Shown here: positions 57,713 to 64,000 of the stretch, one piece after another
Layout of the letters: every line of letters begins with the position of its first letter
Numbering within the stretch: position 1 is the stretch's first letter
The notes under the pieces: generated by a model
Database searches by the model: none
What the model saw: only the letters and a program-made list of their open reading frames with translations
Told to the model about the DNA's origin: nothing
Assembly: GCA_002718195.1 (NCBI GenBank)
Contig: PBDU01000005.1
Location: forward strand, 3,638 to 67,637
Reading direction: 5' to 3'
Length of the DNA stretch: 64,000 bases
Source of the DNA: Methanobacteriota archaeon
GTDB taxonomy: Archaea; Thermoplasmatota; Poseidoniia; Poseidoniales; Poseidoniaceae
Translations under genes and position numbers: made by a program

Positions 57713-58666
57713 ATGGCGCAGCGCTGGTTGTCAATTCTGATCACCTTAGTATTACTTAGTTTTCCACTTTCAGGTTGTCTAGAAGAAACCGGTTTAACTG
57801 GTGATGAGGGACCTGAGCCTGAGGAGTTAGTTCAAGTTTCAGAGCCGTGTTCCATACCTTCCGAACCTATCTCGCAGGTATTGACAACAATATCAGTGAA
57901 CGGAGTTGAGAGATTATTCCGACTGACTGTACCAAGTTCAGAACCAGGTACTCTTTTACCGATAGTAATTGCATTTCACGGAGGCGGTGGTGCGGAGGAA
58001 GATTTCCCACAACAAGATGAATTCGATACGCTAGCAGAGCAAGAGAAATTCATCATGGCTTACGCTATTGCTGAGGACGATAGGACCGAATCTGAAGGTG
58101 AATGGTTCTTGAATACCGCAGCAACATCAAGAGATGACAACAATTTTGCCATAGGAATTGTAAATGAATTGTCAAATGTGTACTGTGTTGATGAAGACAG
58201 ATTGTATGCAATTGGTTATTCTCTAGGGTCAATGTTCACATACGAAGTGGCTTGCCAGTTGAATTTCAAGTTCGCTGCTGTCGCTTCTTTTGCTGGGACT
58301 ATGCCTGTGGAGCCTGCAAGCTGCTATCTAGGCAGCAGCGTTGCCGTAATGCATATTCACGGTAAATTTGATTTGATCATTGATTACGATGAAGATTGGG
58401 ATTGGAAAGATGGTGAGCACGAAGGAGTTGGAACCATGAGCAATATTCCTGGAATGATCGATTATTGGGCAGAAAATTCGAACTGTCAAAACGAGGACTC
58501 CCATTATCACTTGGATATCGAGCATATTGTTCACAGTAATTGTGATGGTGGTGTAAACATCGAGCATTATGGCATGGAATTCCATGGACATAGTTGGCCT
58601 CAAGAAGTTGCAGGAACTCCTACCTATGAGTTAATGTGGAATTTTTTGAGCCAATATACCAATTGA
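57713..58666 (+). CDS. Lipoprotein alpha/beta-hydrolase, PHB depolymerase/LpqC-like esterase
   Basis: Lipobox LSG-C, oxyanion FHGGGG, nucleophile GYSLG, HGKFD and HSWP. Confidence 0.82.
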   Translation: MAQRWLSILITLVLLSFPLSGCLEETGLTGDEGPEPEELVQVSEPCSIPSEPISQVLTTISVNGVERLFRLTVPSSEPGTLLPIVIAFHGGGGAEEDFPQQDEFDTLAEQEKFIMAYAIAEDDRTESEGEWFLNTAATSRDDNNFAIGIVNELSNVYCVDEDRLYAIGYSLGSMFTYEVACQLNFKFAAVASFAGTMPVEPASCYLGSSVAVMHIHGKFDLIIDYDEDWDWKDGEHEGVGTMSNIPGMIDYWAENSNCQNEDSHYHLDIEHIVHSNCDGGVNIEHYGMEFHGHSWPQEVAGTPTYELMWNFLSQYTN

Positions 58667-58735
58667 ACTCCAAAGCTATCTGCGATAAGTTTACCTCATA
58701 AAGGGGATAATCTAGTGATTCAGTTTAATTCACAA

Positions 58736-61700
58736 TCATTGGTTGTAAACTTCCCACTTCTGTGCGCTCTCATCCCAGTAAGATAGCGTACCATCTGCCG
58801 CTTGGGACCAGTGAACACCATTCTCTTCCCACTGTTGTGGTTCTACTTGTGCGCTCTGCTCTAAGTTAGGTAAATCTTTAGTTGGCTCTTCTTGAGCTGC
58901 GAATGCTTCAGATTGTAGGTCAATATTTTCTTGAGTTTGTGCAAAACTTTCCTCGATATCATTTCCATTTCTTCCTACAACTAGAACAGCTGCTAGAATT
59001 CCAATCACTAGAAGTACAGCGATTGTAATGAATAAGCCTGAGTTGGAAGATTCCTCTTCTAACTCACTTCTAAGTGCATCATCAGGATAGGCGTCGAACT
59101 CATCAGCAACCCCGTCATTGTCCCTATCGGAATATATGCTAGCATTATCTGGGAAAGCATCTTCTGCATCATTAACTCCATCACCATCAGAGTCCTTCTG
59201 CTCCAAAGCACATCCATTTTCATCAACGATTGATCCCGTAGCCGTATTTGTGCAAAGGTCTAGGTTGTCTGAAACTCCATCACCATCTGTGTCTAATTGT
59301 GTTGTAGAGCATCCTTCGATGTTAACAACTTCTCCTTCCGGAGTTTCTGGGCATTGATCTTGTGCATCATTGATATTGTCTTCATCAGAATCCAGTTGGC
59401 TGTCGGAACATCCCTCTTGGTCAACCTGCTCTCTTTCTGGAGTAGCGAAACAGATGTCTAGAGCATCGCTAATTCCATCATTGTCTGCATCAAGTTCTGT
59501 TTGCGAGCAACCTGTGATATCAACGCCTTCACCTGCAGGTGTCATAGGACATTGGTCCTCAGCATCGTTAATTAGGTCGCCATCAGTATCCTTTTGCTCA
59601 TCTGCACATCCGTTAGAATCTATTTCTACGTCTGTTGGCGTGTATGGGCACAAATCATCAGCATCCCAAACTCCATCCATATCAGCGTCTGATTCTGTTG
59701 CCGAACAGCCAATACCGTTCACGTTCTCGCCTTCTGTAGTGTTTGGACATTGGTCTCTTGAATTGTCAATACCGTCGTTGTCAGAATCTAGTTGGTAAGG
59801 TGCACAACCTGCATTATCCACTGCAGCGTTTAATGTCGTTGAAGGACACTGGTCATATGCATCTGCAACGCCATCTTGGTCACCGTCCTTTTCGGTATCT
59901 GAACAACCAAAGGAATCAACAGATTCACCTTCTGGGGTGTTTGGACAAGCATCTGCGTTATTCTTGATGCCGTCTTCGTCATCATCTAATTCGAATTCAG
60001 CACATCCTACCGAATTAACGACGTTTCCACTTGGTGTGTCCGGGCAGTAATCAGGATTGGTTCCTGAAATATTATCCCCATACCCATCTCCATCACGATC
60101 CGACCATTGTGTACTATCGTTAGGATAAGCATCTGCGTTATTTCCTGCAGCATTGTCTCCATAGCTGTCTCCGTCAGAGTCTTTCCATTGAGTTGAGTCT
60201 TGTGGGAATGCATCAGGGTCATTGCCTGCTTGGTTATCTCCATATCCATCACCGTCAGAATCTTCCCACTGGGTTGAGTCTTGAGGGAATGCATCAGCAT
60301 TGTTTCCTGCAGGGTTATCTCCGTATCCATCTCCATCAGAATCTTCCCATTGTGTTCCATCGGTAGGGAATAGGTCAGGTGAGTTTCCAGTTGCGTTGTC
60401 TCCGTATCCATCACCATCAGTATCTTCCCATTGTGTCCCATCGTTAGGGAATTGGTCTCCATTTGTGCCGGCTGGGTTGTCGCCATATCCGTCACCGTCT
60501 GAGTCTGTCCATTGAGAAGGATCAGCAGGCCACAAGTCTGGGTTGTTTCCGTTTGGATTATCCCCGTATCCATCTCCATCGGTATCTGCCCATTGGGTTG
60601 AATCTTGAGGGAATTCATCAGAGTTGGAATAACCAGGATTGTCTCCCCATCCATCTCCATCAATGTCGCTCCATTGGTTAGCATCAGTTGGGAAGTGGTC
60701 TGGATTCGAGCCGTTCATGTTGTCTCCATATCCATCACCATCAGTATCCTTCCACTGTGAAGAATCGTATGGGAAATCATCTATATTATCATTGAATCCA
60801 TCAAAGTCAGAATCTCTCTGATTAGAAGCACATCCATCTGCATCAACTACTGCTCCGGAGTCAGTTCCTGGACACAAATCATCCTCATTTATTACTCCGT
60901 CTCCGTCATTGTCGAAGTTCAGCACAAAGCAATCAGTTTCCCCAATTAGTTGAGTTCCAGATTGAGAATATAGATAGGTTGAGGCACAATAAGTACCACT
61001 AGCATTTGGTGTTGAATAACTCCAAGTTCCCAAGCTCTGTATTGTGCTTGTCGCAGTGAAGGTGGTCAGATTACTGGATGCTATTGTAGCATTTCCAGAG
61101 TCATGAATCTTGATTTGGTATTGATAGGTATCACCAGAGACAAGGTCCCATCCACTAACAGTGACATCGTTAGTGCTAGATGTTGCACTAGTTGAGTAAC
61201 TATCAATTCTGACTGAAGGCAATTGTGGAATGAAATATTCTTCATGATAACCGATAACATCTCCAGTAGAATTGTAAGCTACTGCATAAAATAAGTGACT
61301 ACTCATTGTGGTTGGAGCAGTCCAACTGACATTCAGTGTCTGGCTAGTTGAATTTGTGGTTATGTTTTTCCAATTTGCATCAACGATATTTCCGCTAGAG
61401 TCCTCAACTACGTACAGAATGTCGATAGAGTCTCCACTAGTAACGTTCGTGAGATACAAAAATGCATTCGTAGATGATTGAACGACTGATTGTAATTTCT
61501 CGTAATAATATCCATCACCATCTGCGGATAACATGGTGTTTCCGGTAGAGTCGTAAAGATAGGCAATCATCACGAATACCCCCTCACATTCTGTAATCGG
61601 GTAAGTTACATTGTAGTATTCAACTGTATTATTGGCTGTTATAGTAATTGGGTTGTAAGTGTCGATTGTATAATTTGGCCAGGTGCTTACAACTCTATTC

Positions 61701-64000
61701 TCTATCTCTAGTTCAAGTTGATAGGAGGAGCCAACTGTGAGTCCAGTCATCATAATCGAAGAGACATTCTTATCGAGCTTTGTGACCTCGACAGTTTCGA
61801 ATGCTTGCCCACCTCCAGGGTTATTGGTTGTAATCTCGATATCGTAAACATTGGTTGCACCACTGTATCCATAAACTTCGATGAAAGAAGTAATGTTTGA
61901 CTGAGCGGTCACTGACATAGATTCTAGATTTGAAGTTCCTCCAGAACTGTCAAGATAACCACCTGTCGCATCATCCCAATTGGTATCGAGATCACCATTT
62001 GAGTGAGTGAATGTAATATTCACGTAATAGGTTACTCCCTGAACCAAGTATACCTCAAAATAATCTGTATCTGAACTACTATCAATTGACAGACCTGTGC
62101 AAGATACTGGTAAAACACTTGCTTGGGTCGCAGTGGTAGTTAGGTCATTTGGTTCTAATATGTCTGGATTTAAGGTTGCATTACCTGTACAATTACTCAG
62201 AGGAGAGGATCCATTACCTCCTCCTCCACCGGTACCATTTCCGCTAGACCATTGAACATTGAATTTGTACAAGTCCAGGGTATAGTTGATTTCACCTACA
62301 TTAGCTGCAAGGTACAGGATAACTGGTGATCCGGGGTATGTGGTTGTGGAATTTGTTGTTACTGTCAAAGTCCCTGAGCCGGTGTCAGTGTCTATGAAAT
62401 TGACAATTCCATTATCTAGAAGATAAATGTCTACGTCATTTGTAACCGTAGTCCCGTTAGAATATGTTGTTGATGTAGGGAATGTCAGAACTGCAGTCAG
62501 TCCTTCGTTTGAGTTTAGAGAGACTCGTAGCGCATCTACCGAATCAGCAGTATCGCTCATGAACCCACTGCCAGAAAGCGAGCCAGAGAAAATGAAGTTT
62601 GTCAGTGTCGAGGTATTGGCTAAATTTGCACCAAGATCTCCTCCAGTTCCCATGTCATTTTGTGTTTGGAATGTTTGTGAAAACTTCCAGATGGTAAGGT
62701 TCCAATCAACATAACCTGCGTTAACAAAAATGCCTAGAATAATTGGTCCAGAAGGCTGGAAGGTGGTGCCGTTTGTTGAAAGTGATAATGTGTTTGAACC
62801 GCTGTAATCTTCGTCGATTAAGTTAATGTTAGCATCTGCGATAACTGCTTCAACATCGTTTGTAATCGTGGTTCCATTCGGAGCAGTGCTCGTTTGGTTG
62901 AAAGTAATCTGTATGGCAACTCCCTCATTTTGTCCGATTGAGATAGTCATTATATCTTCGATATCATTTAGTTCATCAATATACCCAGTTCCACTCAAAG
63001 AGGTCGAGAAGTTAAAATTCGGAATTGACGATATAGATTGTCCAGTGTACGAAGGCAAGTCCGCATTGGTGTTCATGTCGTTTTGAGTTGTCCCATTTGA
63101 TGAGCTTGTGGTCCATCCACTCCATGTTCCAGTATAGGTGCTGCCTACGGTTCCATCGGTTCCAGCGCTACCATAACTTCCTGTTCCGTATGGAGCACCG
63201 CCGTTACCTGCCCATCCCTCGTCAGCAAAAACAGTTCCAGTTGGTATGTTGAGATTTGAAGTGCTGCTTGCACGGATATCAACAATTCCTCCGGAGCCAC
63301 CGCCACCGCCGTTTCCTCCGTCATACAGTCCGATACATACGCCTGTACAGTCTCCATCAGCGCCATCTCCACCAAATCCTCCATCTGCAGCTATCTCAGC
63401 AGATGATCCAACGTTCACTTGATTTGCTCTCATGATGATGCTTCCACCTGAACCACCGCCGGCTCCTGAACCACCATTTCCTGAGCCATTTTGATATCTG
63501 TAACCGCTTTCACCATCATACCCAGAAGCATCCACAGTTCCATTGATATTGATAACATCAGCATAAACTACAATTCTTCCACCACCAGATCCTCCCGCAG
63601 AAACTAGGTTACCGCTGGAATCGAAGACTGAACCTCCGTTAGAGCCGGTTTCATTTCCAACTCCATACGAAGAACCACCGTTGCTACTGGCAGCACCCCC
63701 TGATCCACCAGAACCGTAGTGACCTGCTCCGCCCGCACCATCTCCTCTCCAAGCAGAAGATAGAGTGACAGATGTTCCAACTCCTTGTGTGTTGGTTGGG
63801 TAATCAATTGCTGTAATGGTTGCTCCGTACTCCACTGTCAGAGTATTTACGGTTAGAACAAGGTCTCCTGTTGCAACGATTTCACCGCATGAACTTATCC
63901 CGCAGCCTATGTATAAATTGTCATATGATTGGTTGCCACTAAGATATGTTGTGTTTAGAATTGTTGAATTTGTTGTCCCAACACCTGGTGGTGAGAACTT
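58736..64000 (-). CDS. Large surface protein (5' end beyond the window): Gly-rich domain, PPC-like domains, thrombospondin type-3-like repeats, TM, aromatic cytoplasmic tail
   Basis: The frame is open from 63835 to the window edge (KFSPPGVG..VEYG); QND/PND..D.DY PPC-like motifs; 27-aa and 33-aa DxDxDG repeats; TM GLFITIAVLLVIGILAAVLVVG. Confidence 0.9.
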   Translation of the reverse strand, partial: KFSPPGVGTTNSTILNTTYLSGNQSYDNLYIGCGISSCGEIVATGDLVLTVNTLTVEYGATITAIDYPTNTQGVGTSVTLSSAWRGDGAGGAGHYGSGGSGGAASSNGGSSYGVGNETGSNGGSVFDSSGNLVSAGGSGGGRIVVYADVININGTVDASGYDGESGYRYQNGSGNGGSGAGGGSGGSIIMRANQVNVGSSAEIAADGGFGGDGADGDCTGVCIGLYDGGNGGGGGSGGIVDIRASSTSNLNIPTGTVFADEGWAGNGGAPYGTGSYGSAGTDGTVGSTYTGTWSGWTTSSSNGTTQNDMNTNADLPSYTGQSISSIPNFNFSTSLSGTGYIDELNDIEDIMTISIGQNEGVAIQITFNQTSTAPNGTTITNDVEAVIADANINLIDEDYSGSNTLSLSTNGTTFQPSGPIILGIFVNAGYVDWNLTIWKFSQTFQTQNDMGTGGDLGANLANTSTLTNFIFSGSLSGSGFMSDTADSVDALRVSLNSNEGLTAVLTFPTSTTYSNGTTVTNDVDIYLLDNGIVNFIDTDTGSGTLTVTTNSTTTYPGSPVILYLAANVGEINYTLDLYKFNVQWSSGNGTGGGGGNGSSPLSNCTGNATLNPDILEPNDLTTTATQASVLPVSCTGLSIDSSSDTDYFEVYLVQGVTYYVNITFTHSNGDLDTNWDDATGGYLDSSGGTSNLESMSVTAQSNITSFIEVYGYSGATNVYDIEITTNNPGGGQAFETVEVTKLDKNVSSIMMTGLTVGSSYQLELEIENRVVSTWPNYTIDTYNPITITANNTVEYYNVTYPITECEGVFVMIAYLYDSTGNTMLSADGDGYYYEKLQSVVQSSTNAFLYLTNVTSGDSIDILYVVEDSSGNIVDANWKNITTNSTSQTLNVSWTAPTTMSSHLFYAVAYNSTGDVIGYHEEYFIPQLPSVRIDSYSTSATSSTNDVTVSGWDLVSGDTYQYQIKIHDSGNATIASSNLTTFTATSTIQSLGTWSYSTPNASGTYCASTYLYSQSGTQLIGETDCFVLNFDNDGDGVINEDDLCPGTDSGAVVDADGCASNQRDSDFDGFNDNIDDFPYDSSQWKDTDGDGYGDNMNGSNPDHFPTDANQWSDIDGDGWGDNPGYSNSDEFPQDSTQWADTDGDGYGDNPNGNNPDLWPADPSQWTDSDGDGYGDNPAGTNGDQFPNDGTQWEDTDGDGYGDNATGNSPDLFPTDGTQWEDSDGDGYGDNPAGNNADAFPQDSTQWEDSDGDGYGDNQAGNDPDAFPQDSTQWKDSDGDSYGDNAAGNNADAYPNDSTQWSDRDGDGYGDNISGTNPDYCPDTPSGNVVNSVGCAEFELDDDEDGIKNNADACPNTPEGESVDSFGCSDTEKDGDQDGVADAYDQCPSTTLNAAVDNAGCAPYQLDSDNDGIDNSRDQCPNTTEGENVNGIGCSATESDADMDGVWDADDLCPYTPTDVEIDSNGCADEQKDTDGDLINDAEDQCPMTPAGEGVDITGCSQTELDADNDGISDALDICFATPEREQVDQEGCSDSQLDSDEDNINDAQDQCPETPEGEVVNIEGCSTTQLDTDGDGVSDNLDLCTNTATGSIVDENGCALEQKDSDGDGVNDAEDAFPDNASIYSDRDNDGVADEFDAYPDDALRSELEEESSNSGLFITIAVLLVIGILAAVLVVGRNGNDIEESFAQTQENIDLQSEAFAAQEEPTKDLPNLEQSAQVEPQQWEENGVHWSQAADGTLSYWDESAQKWEVYNQ
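59195..59986 (-). repeat. Eight tandem 33-aa (99-bp) Cys-pair TSP3-like coding repeats
   Basis: Units such as DGDQDGVADAYDQCPSTTLNAAVDNAGCAPYQL in exact 99-bp register. Confidence 0.9.
60038..60766 (-). repeat. Nine tandem 27-aa (81-bp) TSP3-like coding repeats
   Basis: Units such as DSTQWEDSDGDGYGDNQAGNDPDAFPQ in exact 81-bp register. Confidence 0.9.

Noticed and set aside
60007-60684. 225-aa alternative-frame ORF with repeated MEMDTE motifs
   Set aside because: It is the shifted-frame shadow of the GAT-GGA-GAT-GGA (DGDG) coding repeats
60038-60766. 81-bp and 99-bp periodic repeats considered as a CRISPR array or VNTR
   Set aside because: The periods are multiples of three, the units vary at synonymous positions, there are no unique spacers or cas genes, and protein repeats explain them fully

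Overview
Gene-dense, roughly 40% GC archaeal chromosome segment. Archaeal information-processing genes (aRF1, aIF2-beta, aTrm56, class I LysRS, NOG1 GTPase, XPD) sit beside bacterial-type metabolic genes (carAB, folP/folB, lipA/lipB with a branched-chain 2-oxoacid dehydrogenase operon, class Ia nrdBA, gdhA). There are also very large Ca-binding-repeat surface proteins. This mix suggests Marine Group II archaea (Poseidoniales, Thermoplasmatota); the taxonomy is inferred, not searched. I found one tRNA-Leu(UAA) and no CRISPR array, integrase or transposase. The most unusual signals are four. (1) A ~250-nt, 58% GC, hairpin-rich element with recurring TGGGG loops lies between a ribbon-helix-helix gene and XPD, and matches no archaeal ncRNA I recognise. 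(2) An inward-facing pair of ORB-like boxes flanks an AT-rich tract between divergent dut and nrdBA, a candidate replication origin or dNTP-regulon operator. (3) A ~3000-aa TgpA-like surface protein has a transglutaminase core lacking the canonical His. (4) A SAP-domain/TM/M28 peptidase fusion. All product calls come from motif recognition by eye; no database searches were run.
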